A stretch of DNA of 63,258 nt, counting the filler, from Octopus bimaculoides (taxonomy: Eukaryota): NCBI RefSeq assembly GCF_001194135.2. It is 7 parts of 7 records of this genome, joined end to end, with 100 filler letters (N's around TTAATTAATTAA, not from the genome) between each part and the next. Parts side by side here need not be neighbours in the genome. Positions count along the whole stretch, not along the records: positions 1 to 15,961 come from NC_068991.1; 6 more parts are not named here. One strand, written 5' to 3'. Position numbers and translations under genes: made by a program. This document shows, one piece after another, positions 1 through 12,079 of the stretch. The first letter of the stretch is position 1. Every line of letters starts with the position of its first letter. The notes below the pieces were generated by a model, which had not been told where the DNA came from, made no database searches, and worked only from the letters and a program-made list of their open reading frames with translations.

Positions 1-130
1 ACAGTGCGCAACTGGTACTTAATTTATCGACCCCGAAAGGATGAAAGGCAAAGACGACCTCGGCGGAATTTCAACTCAGAAGGTAAGCATTTCGCCCGGC
101 GTGCTAACGTTTCTGCCAGCTCACCGCCTT
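1..130 (-). mobile_element. tRNA-derived SINE family 1 (Meta-like central domain), internally deleted, cut by window edge
   Basis: Minus strand reads GGCGGTGAGCTGGCAGAAACGTTAGC...TTCTGAGTTGAAATTCC (B box)...GCCTTTCATCCTTTCGGGGTCGATAAATTAAGTACCAG. The same sequence recurs about 10 times in the window. The Meta-domain label is from recall. Confidence 0.85.
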
Positions 131-137
131 AGAATAG

Positions 138-337
138 ATTCTTTTTTTACTCTAAGCACAAAGCCCGGAATTTTGGGGGAGGGGGCCAGTCGATTAGATC
201 GACCCCAGTACGCAACAGGTACTTAATTTTAGACCCCGAAAGGATGAAAGGCAAAGGTGACCTCGGCGGAATTTGAACTCAGAACGTAACGGCAGACGAA
301 ATACCGCTAAGCGTTTCCTCCAGCGTGCTAACGTTTC
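138..337 (-). mobile_element. SINE family 1, tail variant A
   Basis: B box GAGTTCAAATTCC and the same central domain. Tail GTCGATCTAATCGACTGGCCCCCTCCCCCAAAATTCCGGGCTTTGTGCTTAGAGTA. Confidence 0.85.
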
Positions 338-339
338 TT

Positions 340-423
340 AATTCTTTATTGCCCTCAAGGGGCTAAACATAGAGGGGTCAAACAAGAACAGACAAAGGGA
401 TTAAGTCGATTACATCGACCCCA
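340..423 (-). mobile_element. SINE family 1, tail variant B only
   Basis: Matches the tail of the copies at 3846-4039 and 4053-4236 (GTCGATGTAATCGACTTAATCCCTTTG...GGGCAATAAAGAA). Confidence 0.8.
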
Positions 424-510
424 GGTATTTTTCGATGTTATTATTTTTATTATTATTATTATTATTACTATTATTCAGGTCATCTGGCGTAGTGGTTAAG
501 AGCGCGGGCT
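424..510. mobile_element. Rearranged fragment of the putative hammerhead SINE (family H)
   Basis: Minus strand 482-424 reads TGACCTGAA-(TAA)n-CATCGAAAAATACC. Plus strand 485-510 reads TGGCGTAGTGGTTAAGAGCGCGGGCT, a Pol III A-box-like head. Confidence 0.6.
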
Positions 511-821
511 CTAATTAGTTATTAATTAGTCAGTATTTCGTTATGACGTCTTCCAGTTTGTAAGTTTTCGTGACATGAGAATATCTCAATGGTTTTTTAT
601 TAAGAAATTCTTCCAAAGGCAAACACCATTTTCTAGATACGAAATCTACAATCTACTATAACACCTTTGTGTATTTCTCCGTCACAACATATGAACGAGA
701 AAGGAAAGGGTGATAGATGAATAAGGAAGGAAGGGGTGATTTCAAACTGGAAGTGGGATGGCAACCATTCAACGCTGAAAAGAAAAATCAAACAGCGTTT
801 CAACTTTGTGTGAGTATATGT

Positions 822-874
<53 letters not shown>

Positions 875-1376
875 AGGAACGTATGTGAATGTTTGTATGT
901 GTGATTATTATGTACCTTATTTATATATAAAATACAATTAGCCGTCATTTTTGACGGCACGGGGCCAACTAGTTTTTATATAGAATTCTTTTACTATGTC
1001 ACGCTCTACTTTCTTACTTCAACGCTGTTATCATGTAAGCAGATGTCGGACTTCTTTTCTCTTTATTCTCTCTTTCTCTCTTCCCCACTCTCTCTCACTC
1101 CAGTTCTTTCTCTCTTTCGCACTTTCATCACTTTCCTCCTTAACAACAGTCTTCATTTGCCGACTCAGTGAAATGCGTATAATTGGAAAACGTACACAAA
1201 GTACATGTGATGCACACACAGAAATCAAATATAATTATGATTAAACATGAAACGGAATAAAATTACACATAATTCCCTTACATAATTAATGTTGATCTTT
1301 TTCTAATTTGCATTTTATTTGTTGCTTCATAGGTATGAATATGGCATTTGTTGCGACGAAATATCAGCTGTTGTCT

Positions 1377-1424
<48 letters not shown>

Positions 1425-1667
1425 GTATATTTGAATGAGTAGTTTTATCTGCCTATTCATATATGTTGTGTATTCGTATATACGCATGTGGGTGTGTATA
1501 CATCGTGCATGTGAGTGCATGTGGATATTATGCATATCTCAGGACAGATCTAATTATTAAATTCTTAAAAAAAAAAAAAAGCATTTTAGCCATTGCAATT
1601 TCGCCTTGAAGCTGGTAACGATCACTAAACCTCACCATCTAATAATAATAATAATAATAATAATAAC

Positions 1668-1709
<42 letters not shown>

Positions 1710-2523
1710 TTTTTTTTTTTTAAGTATTTGGCAACAACTGCAATATTAATAATAGTATCATTGAAGTATGCTTATAACGAAAATTTTTTTTCTCTAATGT
1801 CTTCGCAATGGACTTTAGCATTGAAAAAGCAGGTTTTCCAGACGGATGTGATGTAATATGAAACCACACTTACGTATACGCAAATTTATTGGTTTTACGT
1901 TTTTGTATTGGGTCACTGTCTTGGATTACTATTTTTTAAAAATGTTTGTAATGTACTTGTTGCCTTTTTTTTTTTGTTTTCGTTTTTTATTAACTGACCC
2001 GTGACTGTAAGGTGTTGTTTTTGAATAATTTGCGAAATAGAACAAGTAACTTTTAAAGTTACACTTGCACGTCACATAAACACATTCGCTTTCACAATCT
2101 CGCTCATGCACACGAACATATCTTGTATAGACACGCATGCGTGCATTGATACACTCCCACATGTCACATGCATATACATTCCTACATATTAACACTCACT
2201 TGCAAGTATTCTAGCACTGGCACGTACAACATACATGCTTACAACACATGCTTACAATCTCGCAAATATAGCCATGCACATACATATACATGAAGCTACG
2301 TACTCGCATACACAAATCACACAAACTAGAAATGAGTGAAACACTTTTCCAGGTCTACCCTATAACGGGGCTTACATTTTTGAGTTCAAATCATGCCGAT
2401 GTTATTGAAATAAATAATGATACATACAATCGATAAAAATCTACTACATCCCCTTATTTCACAAACATTTTCTCATCCTATAATGGTCAGAAATCAGTTT
2501 TAAAGTACCAAAACTGTTGGCAC

Positions 2524-2908
2524 TACTCTTTACTCTTTACTCTTTTACTTGTTTCAGTCATTTGACTGCGGCCATGCTGGAGCACCACCTTTAGTCAAGC
2601 AAATCAACCCCAGGACTTATTCTTTGTAAACCTAGTACTTATTCTATCGGTCTCTTTTTGCCGAACCGCTAAGTTACGGGGACGTAAACACACCAGCATC
2701 GGTTGTCAAGCGATGCTGGGGGGACAAACACAGACACACAAACACACATACATACATATATACGACGAGCTTCTTTCAGTTTCCGTCTACCAAATCCACT
2801 CACAAGGCTTTGGTCGGCCCGATGCTATAGTGGAAGACACTTGCCCAAGGTGTCACGCAGTGGGACTGAACCCGGAACCATGTGGTTGGTAAGCAAGCTA
2901 CTTACCAC
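2524..2908 (-). mobile_element. tRNA-derived SINE family 2 (CORE-like, OR1-type), near full length
   Basis: B-box-like GGGTTCAGTCCC, CORE-like CCTTGGGCAAGTGTCTT, internal microsatellite, CCAGCATGGCCGCAGTC and an (AAAGAGT)n tail. Matches 6531-6960. Confidence 0.85.
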
Positions 2909-3275
2909 GGGGATCTAAGCCCAAATCGTCGCAGACTGAGTAGATTTATAGGAGAGAAGTTGTTATTTTGCTGCAATGGATAGAATGACTTTCCAAATAT
3001 CAACATACCTTCATTGTTTAAACATAACGTATCCAGAATAACAAAAATCAACATATGGCTCCACTTCTAAAACAGTGTAACAAGGAATTGTAAGCTGTTA
3101 TTTCTAGCAGGTTATGTGACAAAGCAGCCAGGCATAATATTAGATATGTTTTTCTGATACCTCAATGTTGATGCATCAGCTGTATGCTCTATTTATTTCC
3201 AAGGGCATTGATTACCCCAGAGGGAACGTATTCGTATTTCTGAGTTACATTTCTGTCGTGAGGGTTATGTTAATA

Positions 3276-3476
3276 CAGTAATCCCGCGCCATATTGCGGT
3301 TCACCTATCGCGGTTTATTATTCAGGCTTACGTCGATTCATCCGTGTTCTTGTATATGCAAATTATAGAAATAATAAAATATACGTATACAGTACAGTGT
3401 TGTTTCTACTTCGCGGATTTTCACCTATCGCGGAGGGTTTTGGAACGTAACACCTACGATAGTCGAGGGATTACTG
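3276..3476. mobile_element. MITE with CAGTAATCCC termini and TA target-site duplication (Tc1/mariner/pogo-type)
   Basis: TA|CAGTAATCCCGCG...CGAGGGATTACTG|TA. A second, inverted copy lies at 12550-13288. Confidence 0.8.
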
Positions 3477-3564
3477 TACTAGATTTTTTTTTGGTTGAAG
3501 ATTTGGGCCTCGATATCAGTGGCAACAGAATAGTGAATAGTGAATTGTGGATCTAGTATAGTAC

Positions 3565-3835
3565 TTTAAGGGCCCCTGAAAAAAATTTGCTTTAGATGTA
3601 TGTATTTGTATGTATTACAAGAAACATCTGGGTTTCTTTCTCTAATTTTTTTCATCATTCAACCTACACAAGTGAATGCGTGAAAAACAAAATAGGAATT
3701 TTGTAAGAAGTTTCGGTAGAACTAGTTTATAAAAATTGAATGGTTGTGGGAGTCTACCAGAATAAAATAGTGATGAAATGGGGTCCATAGGTAAAAAAAA
3801 AATGGTTGAGAACCCTTGCTCTATATTCCCTAATC
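3565..3835. mobile_element. Possible hAT-type non-autonomous element, one end only
   Basis: The right end GGTTGAGAACCCTTGCTCTA resembles hAT MITE termini (recall). No matching left end was found. Confidence 0.3.
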
Positions 3836-3845
3836 AATTTCTTAT

Positions 3846-4039
3846 TTCTTTATTGCCCACAAGGGGCTAAACATAGAGGGGACAAACAAGGACAGACAAA
3901 CGGATTAAGTTGATTACATTGACCCCAGTGCGTAACTGGTACTTATTTAATCAACCTCGAAAGGATGAAAGGCAAAGTCGACCTCGGCGTAATTTGAACT
4001 CAGAACGTAACAGCAGACGAAATACCGCTAAGCATTTCG
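3846..4039 (-). mobile_element. SINE family 1 (variant B), left arm of a head-to-head pair
   Basis: Reverse complement of 4053-4236. Confidence 0.85.
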
Positions 4040-4052
4040 TTAGCTCGCCGGG

Positions 4053-4236
4053 CGAAATGCTTAGTGGTATTTTGTCTGCCGTTACGTTCTGAGTTCAAAT
4101 TCCACAGAGGTCGACTTTGCCTTTCATCCTTCCGAGGTCGATTGAATAAGTGCCAGTTACGCACTGGGGTCGATGTAATCGACTTAATCCCTTGTTTGTT
4201 CCCTGTATGTTTAGCCCCCTGGTGAGCAATAAAGAA
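4053..4236 (+). mobile_element. SINE family 1 (variant B), right arm of a head-to-head pair
   Basis: B box GAGTTCAAATTCC, central domain, tail ending GCAATAAAGAA. Confidence 0.85.
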
Positions 4237-4345
4237 TTAAATATTTATAATTTAGCTTTCATCAAATTTTCTTGGTGCTCCACTTCCACTTCTTTTGATC
4301 CTTTTTCATTGTACGTGTGTGTAGCTTTTTCCATTCATTGTAATC

Positions 4346-4346
<1 letters not shown>

Positions 4347-4399
<53 letters not shown>

Positions 4400-4558
4400 T
4401 CGAAAAATACCTTAGGAATGAGAACCCCAGTTCGAAATTTCCCCAAGGCACCTGATAAAGGCTGGAGGGCATATCAGCCGAAACGTTGTGTTAACAACAA
4501 CCTACATGAGGACAGATATCCGTCAAATGTAAATAAGGTAAATAATGTAAATAATGTA
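4347..4558 (+). mobile_element. Family H element body: (TAA)n, hammerhead region, (AAATAATGT)n tail
   Basis: Homologous to 38126-38272. It ends in three degenerate 9-bp repeats. Confidence 0.7.
4447..4492 (+). ncRNA. Minimal type I hammerhead ribozyme motif (core mutated, G8 to A)
   Basis: GGCAC CTGATAA A GGCTG-gagggcatat-CAGCC GAAAC GTT GTGTT. Stem I GGCAC/GTGTT, stem II 5 bp, palindromic ACGT stem III. Confidence 0.65.
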
Positions 4559-5265
4559 CTTTGTCGTTTACTCTCTCAGCTTTTCTGTTAAAAATACAAA
4601 ACGTGACTGATGATATCAGCTAAGCAACCAACCAACCAACCAACCAGCCAACCGTCATTTATATCAGCTATCATTTCAGTCGATACAGTAGCAAATAAAT
4701 GTCAGTTGCAGTTGGGAGAGGAATTAGCCCTATAACGAACCGATGTTGTATTAAGTGAGTGATTTTTATGCTCTCATTCACTTAAACGCTATGGAGATTA
4801 CCCCGACCTAACTAGCCTTGTGTCCCGAGACAATCTTAAACTTAATTCAGCCGCAAATTGACCGGCTTCAAGGAGGAAATCCCGGGTGGAATAAACTGAG
4901 TTCATCTGCCGGGAAACGAACTTGTTTTGCAAACACAGTCAGCCAAGATTCAACATCCATTCAGCAGCTTCTAGAACTCCTCGCTAAATAGTACATTATT
5001 AAGAACCATTAAATATTACTAAACATGTATATTATTATAGTTTGTTATTATATCAAAAGGTTCTGTTTTGCTTCTTGTTCTAGTTTTTGTGCTTCGTTTT
5101 TCTCGCTTACATTTCGCTCATTAATGTCGATGATGTATCACCTCTATTTTATTAATGCTTAAAAATATTTTAATATTTGATCAAACAAAACCATATGTGA
5201 TTTTTTAATGCATATATGTGTGTATACGTGCGTGCATCTTTGTGTGTTTGTACGTATAATATATA

Positions 5266-5323
<58 letters not shown>

Positions 5324-5834
5324 CATACATACGTGTACATATATTATATATTATATAAGATATATATGTATGTGTATATGTCTTTGTGCGTGTATATTTT
5401 AAATATATACCGCTTTTGGTTTATCGTGAAAAATTGTATAAAGAACGAACATAATTTTTACGGTAAAATAAACGATTTATGTACAATAGCAAGCGATTAA
5501 AAAAAAATTGTAGTGGAATTCAGTCAATTAATGATCATTTGTGACATTAATGTGTCTTCTAACTTTATTTAAATTGCTATTGATTTCGTATAGCATTTGA
5601 AATTTGTCTGTATTCTGTACAAATTTGCATTTTTCGTACTTTACAAAACAGAATTTGTAACATTTTAATTTCTATAATCACAGATCTAAAGCAAGATATA
5701 TATTTTTTCTACATTTCCAATTGTATATTAACATTCTCATATATGAAGAGACATAACTTCTGGCTGTCTGGCTGTTTGTCTGTCAGTCTATCTGTCTGTC
5801 TTTGTGTTTGTCTCTGATTCTCATTCACCCCAAC

Positions 5835-5872
<38 letters not shown>

Positions 5873-6530
5873 TGTATGTTTTGGATATATGTGTATATAT
5901 ATTATATATGTACCTATCACAAATACACATACAATTTACTTCTCCCAATATATATATGTATATATCGTTATACATACGTATGTATGTTATATATATATAT
6001 ATATATATATATGGTTACACATACACATGGATAATGTATGTATTTTGAGTCAATGTACTGCTGTATTTTATGGAGGCAGATACTGAAAAATTTGAGGTTT
6101 TATAATTGTGTAAACATAAACAAACCAGCGCCAGACTAAATGTTTCACATTATTTGGAATTAAGCAGGAGTTTACTGCACCCATTCATTGAATTAGTCTT
6201 AATGAGTAGCATCACAAACGGTTTTATTTTGAAGGCGCTTTGATGTCGATGCCTGACGTGCTAGAGATAGCAGTGAGAGTTACTAAGAAAATAGATAAGG
6301 TCGGCCCGGGTGCGTAATGGCTGAAAAAGACAGGAGAGGGTCTTAGTATAAACGTCTTAGATCACAAGTGTATACAATCGGGGCTGACGCAGGGTCTGAT
6401 ACAACTACTACCAATACAATAGCCACCACGACCACCACCATCATGAACAACAGTAACAGCAACAACAACATGTTCTGTCTGGCAAAACAAATTGTAAAGG
6501 ATAATTTACAACTTATTTTTCTCCATAAAT

Positions 6531-6960
6531 AGGTGCAGGCGTAGCTGTGTGGTAAGAAGTTTGCTTCCTAACCACATGGTTCTGGGTTCAGTCCCACTGC
6601 GTGGCACCTTGGGGGCGCGTGTCTTCAGCTATAACCTCGGGCCGACCAAAGCCTTCTGAGTGGAATCCATAGTTGGAAATTGAATGAAGCCTGTCGTATA
6701 TATGTATGTATATGCACGAGTGTATGTGTGTTTGTGTGTGAGGGTGTGTGTGTATCTTTGTGTCTGCGTTTGTCCCCACCACCGGCGTTGGCGTGTTTAC
6801 GTCCCCGTAATTTAGCGGTTTGGCAAAAGAGTTTGACAGAATAAGTACCAGGCTTGAAAAAAAAGTACTGGGGTCGATTCATTCAACTAGAAACTCTTCA
6901 AGGTGGTGCCCCAGCATGGCCGCAGTCTAATAACTGAAACAAATAAAAAATAAAAGATAA
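6531..6960 (+). mobile_element. SINE family 2, full length
   Basis: Head AGGTGCAGGCGTAGCTGTGTGG, GGGTTCAGTCCC, central microsatellite, CCAGCATGGCCGCAGTC, AAAAGATAA tail. Confidence 0.85.
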
Positions 6961-7404
6961 CTTACACTTTACTACATAAACCCTTCGCTCTCCATGAAAT
7001 ATAAGTCATCGACGACTTTTCGCTACTGTCCTCAGCTCTGGGCGGTCATTTCTGCTTCTCTAAGAGAAGGCATTCCCCTCCGGGGCCTTGTTGATTGTTA
7101 ATTGTCATCAATGCTTCTGTAACTTAGCTAAGTTTTTTCTGAGTTGGCGTTTTGGTTCTACGCAAAGCCATTTCTATCTCTGAGAAGAAGAGGTCTATAT
7201 TAGTGTAGCCATAGTCATGCGACATGTCTGTCATACGGGGCCGAACTGGGAGTTTGCGCTCCGCTGGTATAGATCTCGGGGTTACTGAGAGACACAAGTT
7301 ACTACACCACAACAAGAACTAACTCCTGTGGTGGTTCGTGTGTTATAGGGTTCTAGATACTATCAACATTACAAAGATACGAGCTTACGGAATCGTTATC
7401 ATGT

Positions 7405-7572
7405 CGGTTTTTACGTTCTAAGTTCCAGTGCTGCTAGGGGCGATTTTTCCTTTCCTTTTTTTTTTTTTTTGATGGGTCGATAAAATTAATACCAGTTAAA
7501 CACTGGGGTCGATTTAATCGATTTACCTTCTCCATCGGAATTGCTGGCCTTGTGGCAAAATTTGAAACCTAT
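7405..7572 (+). mobile_element. SINE family 1, degraded and 5'-truncated
   Basis: GGGTCGATAAAATTAATACCAGTTAAACACTGGGGTCGAT...GCTGGCCTTGTGGCAAAATTTGAAAC. Confidence 0.65.
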
Positions 7573-7826
7573 ATCATCAACATTACATTTTAGTGAGTTA
7601 TATCTTTCCCGTACGTAATCGAATTAATACCATATTATACAACTTTCGCTGCAGTATCAACATGACACTGTATATGTAATATTTCACTACATTAACAGCA
7701 TTATATCTTAGAAAGTGAAAGTGATAATGTTTCACTACATTATCATCATTATAATGTAGGACATCTTGAACTATGTTTTCCGTATGACACAGATTGCTAT
7801 ATTTTACACAAATGAAAACTGTGTAA

Positions 7827-8035
7827 TGCGGCGGGCTGGCAGAATCGTTAGCACAGCGGACAAAATGTTTTGCGGCATTTCGTCCGTCTTTACGTTCTGA
7901 GTTCAAATTCCACCGACGTCGATTTTGCCTTTCGTCCCTTTGAGATCGATAAAATAAGTACCAGTTGAACACTGGAGTCGATGTAATTGACTTACCCCTT
8001 CCCCCAAAATTTCAGGCCGTGTGCCTATAGTAGAA

Positions 8036-8036
<1 letters not shown>
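7827..8036 (+). mobile_element. SINE family 1 (variant A) followed by (ATT)n
   Basis: Complete head, B box, central domain and tail. Confidence 0.85.
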
Positions 8037-8094
<58 letters not shown>

Positions 8095-8177
8095 GTTGTT
8101 GTTGTTGTTGTCGTTTTTCTTTTTTCTTCAAATTTTCTTCCATTTCTCGCCGAGTGTTTTCCTATCATCATCATCAG

Positions 8178-8223
<46 letters not shown>

Positions 8224-8225
<2 letters not shown>

Positions 8226-8445
8226 GGCGGAGACGTGAAAGAAGAATCTGTAGCGCGCCGGACGAAATGCTTTGCAGCATTTCGTCTCTCTTAATGTTCT
8301 GAGTTCAAATTCCACCCGAGGCCAGATTTGTCCTTCATCCTTTCGGGGTCGATAAGATAAGTACCAGTTGGACACCGGCTTCGATGTTATTGCCTTACTT
8401 CCTCCTCCGAACTTGCTGGCTTTGTCTCAAAATTTGAAACCAATA
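8224..8445 (+). mobile_element. SINE family 1 starting directly after (ATT)n
   Basis: AAGGCGG head, GAGTTCAAATTCC, central domain, AATTTGAAACC tail. Confidence 0.8.
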
Positions 8446-9155
8446 TGGAAACCGTGTTTTGTATTCGTCTCTACGTCATCTACAGAACATTGTAGCACGT
8501 GAAATATTCCACAATATTATAAACATGACACGATAATGTGTTTTATTTTTCACTACATTATAACCGCAGCACTTTGATGTGTTATAACTTTCATTAAGTT
8601 CTCAACGCGATAGCTTAGTGTGTGATATCTTTCATTAAATTATCAATACGATACTACCTTATCGGCTCATGTTACAGCTGCCACGCGAACATTGCAGTCT
8701 TTATGTAGTCGCTTGTCTTGCTTAAAAATGCTAAGAAAATTTACCTCAAATTCTACACTATCGTGTAAAAAAGCAGGAGGGACGGCCTGCCTTTAATTAT
8801 CATAGATTCCTCAATCAAACGTGGCCTAGATCTGTAAAACAAATACTTACTGTTAGAATGCAGACATTGAATTATTGTCAGTTTTTCAGGGTATGAATTC
8901 ATGTAGAACACAAACGCACTCATCCAAGAGTGTGGCTATACACATACATACAAGGAAATTCAACATTATTCACGTACACACGTGTGATGGGATTCATCTT
9001 TGTACGGACGTCTGTACACATATAATAAGCATTTATTCTAACCTGCCAGTTGGCATACGTTGCTACGCTTCGTACAGACGTATACACGCGTACAAAGACA
9101 GACTCATCCATGCATGCTAAACCTTATGTACTTATGTGTTTGTGCGGTGCATGCG

Positions 9156-9205
<50 letters not shown>

Positions 9206-10397
9206 TTTGTATGTGTTTGTGTCTCGTTGGTAGATAGGGATCAAGAAGCGAAGTACCCGTTATTAACAAAGAGTGCAATTGTTTATTTAGACAAGTCTAG
9301 TGATCTATTACTCTGAAGTATCCACATAAATAGAATAGAAATTGGTAAAACCATCTTAATAGTACTTGTAGAAATAAGTAGATTATCAACAGCGAGCAAC
9401 GTAAACAATAGCAACAAAATATGTTTCCTATCGTTGCTATTCACTAAGAGATAGCGGATATGAACGAGTTTCCGAAAAGGGCTTAGGATGAGCTATGTTA
9501 CAAACAAGAGTACCTCTTTCTTCGAAAAAGAAAGTAATATGTCTGCAGTTTGCAAACATGAGATATGTTACTCTTGTTTGTATACAGAAACTATCCTTAT
9601 TGTGTGCCGTAAGAATAAAAGTTAAAAATAGCCCTGGTCGATGTGTGGCAGAATGTGAACTCGCTCGAACGAATGATTGTACATATGAGTATATGCCAGA
9701 GTTGCAGGACTGTGAACAAGTCGAAAATTCAGTCGAAGTTTAAGTGTTACATGCTATGCCACAGCTTACCTCTCCAGTTCAAAAGTACAAGAAAAGTGAG
9801 GCTCATTACTTTAGAACTGATACACACCCTTGGTATTTTGTGATTTTAGCTGCAAAGTTTAGGCAAAAGATCAGCGCAGAAGTGAATCACAGCAAAATTT
9901 GTATGACCGGAGTTAACATGCTCTTCCAAGTACTAATGTGCCTGAGGATCATATTGCAATCTCAGATTGGTGCTCCATTCAGGAAGCTAAAAAGACGTCA
10001 ATCAAACCACTGACGTAGGGTAGAAGGCCTACTTGCTACACGTGTAAAAGCAGAAACCACCTGAGAGACTGCTTCTATGAAGGAAAAAAGCAACAAAAAT
10101 ACAGGACAGAAAGAAGAAGATAGCACCACACACCAATAAAGGCACCTGCAATAACACCCAAAAAAAGACAAAATCCTAAAATGCAAACTGCAAAGAGAAA
10201 AAGAGCTCGTGCTGTTCTTGCCGCTCTTTTCATTGTAAGATTGGTCGCCTTATAATCATTACTATCGACATCACTGTCTACGTAGCGTGTCTCTGTGTAC
10301 GCGTGCGTGTGTATTTGTGTGTTTGTGTGTGCGTGTATGTTTATGTATGTATGCATGTACGTATGTATGTACGTGTATATAAAGAAAGGAAGGAAGG

Positions 10398-10433
<36 letters not shown>

Positions 10434-10656
10434 GCTGTATATACGCATATGTATTCACACACACACTCACACACACACACAAACACACACACACACACAC
10501 GTATATATATTTATTTATATATATATACATACATTCATAGACGAATATATATGAGCTTGTGGGTTTTTTAATCCGTGTGGTCAAGGTTAAACTGACATTG
10601 TGTTTAAGTACTGTACCGAAATAAGGCAGGACACAGGGTTGTTGCTAGACAGAACA

Positions 10657-10658
10657 GT

Positions 10659-10698
<40 letters not shown>

Positions 10699-10708
10699 CA
10701 GCAGCAGC

Positions 10709-10763
<55 letters not shown>

Positions 10764-10810
10764 AGGCGCTAGTGCTGCTGGTGCTGCTGCTGGTGTTGGT
10801 GGTGGTAGGA
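10657..10810. repeat. (TAG)n/(CAG)n compound trinucleotide repeat
   Basis: Seen directly. It explains the poly-Leu ORF. Confidence 0.95.
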
Positions 10811-10868
10811 GTGGCAGATGTAAGAAAACACATTAGTTGTTGGTTGTGACTTGTATTAACAATAATGT

Positions 10869-11125
10869 GGATGCGCGTGGCTTAGTGGTTGGTTGGGGGC
10901 GTTGGACTTCTGATCGTTAGATTATGGTTTCGATTCCTAGACCGGGCGACGCGTTGTGTTCTTGAGCAAAACACTTCCTTTCACGTTTCCTCCAGCCCAC
11001 TCAGCTGGCAAAAAAAAATGAGTAATGCTGCGACAGACTGACGTCCCATCCAGGTAGGGAATTTATACGCCATGTAAACCGGCAAACGGGCCCTTTGAGC
11101 CTGGCATTTCTCGCGAAGGAAGGGA
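10869..11125 (+). mobile_element. tRNA-derived SINE family 3 (CORE/V-like)
   Basis: A box TGGCTTAGTGG (10878-10888), B box GGTTTCGATTCC (10926-10937), TTCTTGAGCAAAACACTT and GACTGACGTCCCATCCAGG. Confidence 0.7.
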
Positions 11126-11614
11126 TTAACAATAATACAATAATACTATGATTACGTTGTTGTGACCTCAGCATTCTTTTCCATTATTTAATGTACTCTT
11201 CTTTATTTATAGATGTTATTGAGTTGGTGCATAATTATTGCGGCTGTTTTTCAACAAATTTTATTCAACAAAAACAATAACATGTGATAAAAACATCTTT
11301 AAATGATTATTCCGGAGCATATTCACCATCTACTTCAATTACTGCTTCCCATTTGCTTGGCAGACGGTCAGACCGTCATTTAAAAATGTTTTTGTTGAAT
11401 ATTGTTATTGTTTTTGTTGAATAAAATTTGTTGAACAAAAGCCGCAATGATTATGCACCAACCCAATATTGAGATCCAGCTCAGTGTCGAACGAGCACAC
11501 TTTGATCAATGGCGTTCCAACTATGACCATTCTGTCTTTTCTGGACACTGCATGGCTAAGTCTATGCTTTCGTACACGTTTTTGCACTTTTCATGTCACT
11601 GAGGAGTAATTTCC

Positions 11615-11730
11615 GAATAAAGACCGATAGCATGAATATTAGGCTTTAAAAACAGGTACTGAGGGGGAAGGGGTCCATTCGGTGCCCCAGCATGGCCGCA
11701 GTCTAATGACTGAAACAAGTAAAAGATATC
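11615..11730 (+). mobile_element. SINE family 2, 3' part
   Basis: GGTGCCCCAGCATGGCCGCAGTCTAATGACTGAAACAAGTAAAAGATA. Confidence 0.75.
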
Positions 11731-12019
11731 TATAAGAATCATTTTGTGATGAAAGAAAATGTTCCCTGCTTATCTTGCTTATATAAGAATCTTTGTTGTT
11801 TATATTGTTGTTGTTGTTGTTGTTGTTATTGTTCTAGGTTTGGTGGTAATGTTTTTCTTTTGTGTGGGTGCTTTTAGTGTTATTGTTGTTCGTCGCCCAA
11901 CCGTGGGGGTTCGACACTAATGAAGTGACATTCCGACTGGAGTACCCAGCCGTGACATCAATGTTGTCAGTTTATAACAATATATATTACTGCTGAAAAT
12001 TCACACACACACACATACG

Positions 12020-12079
<60 letters not shown>

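Noticed and set aside
485-510. tRNA gene
   Set aside because: Only an A-box and D-arm-like head is present, with no anticodon or T arm. Treated as a SINE head.
4851-4991. Possible exon PQIDRLQGGNPG...SIQQLLELLAK* after TTAATTCAG
   Set aside because: Weak acceptor, no partner exons and no recognisable domain.
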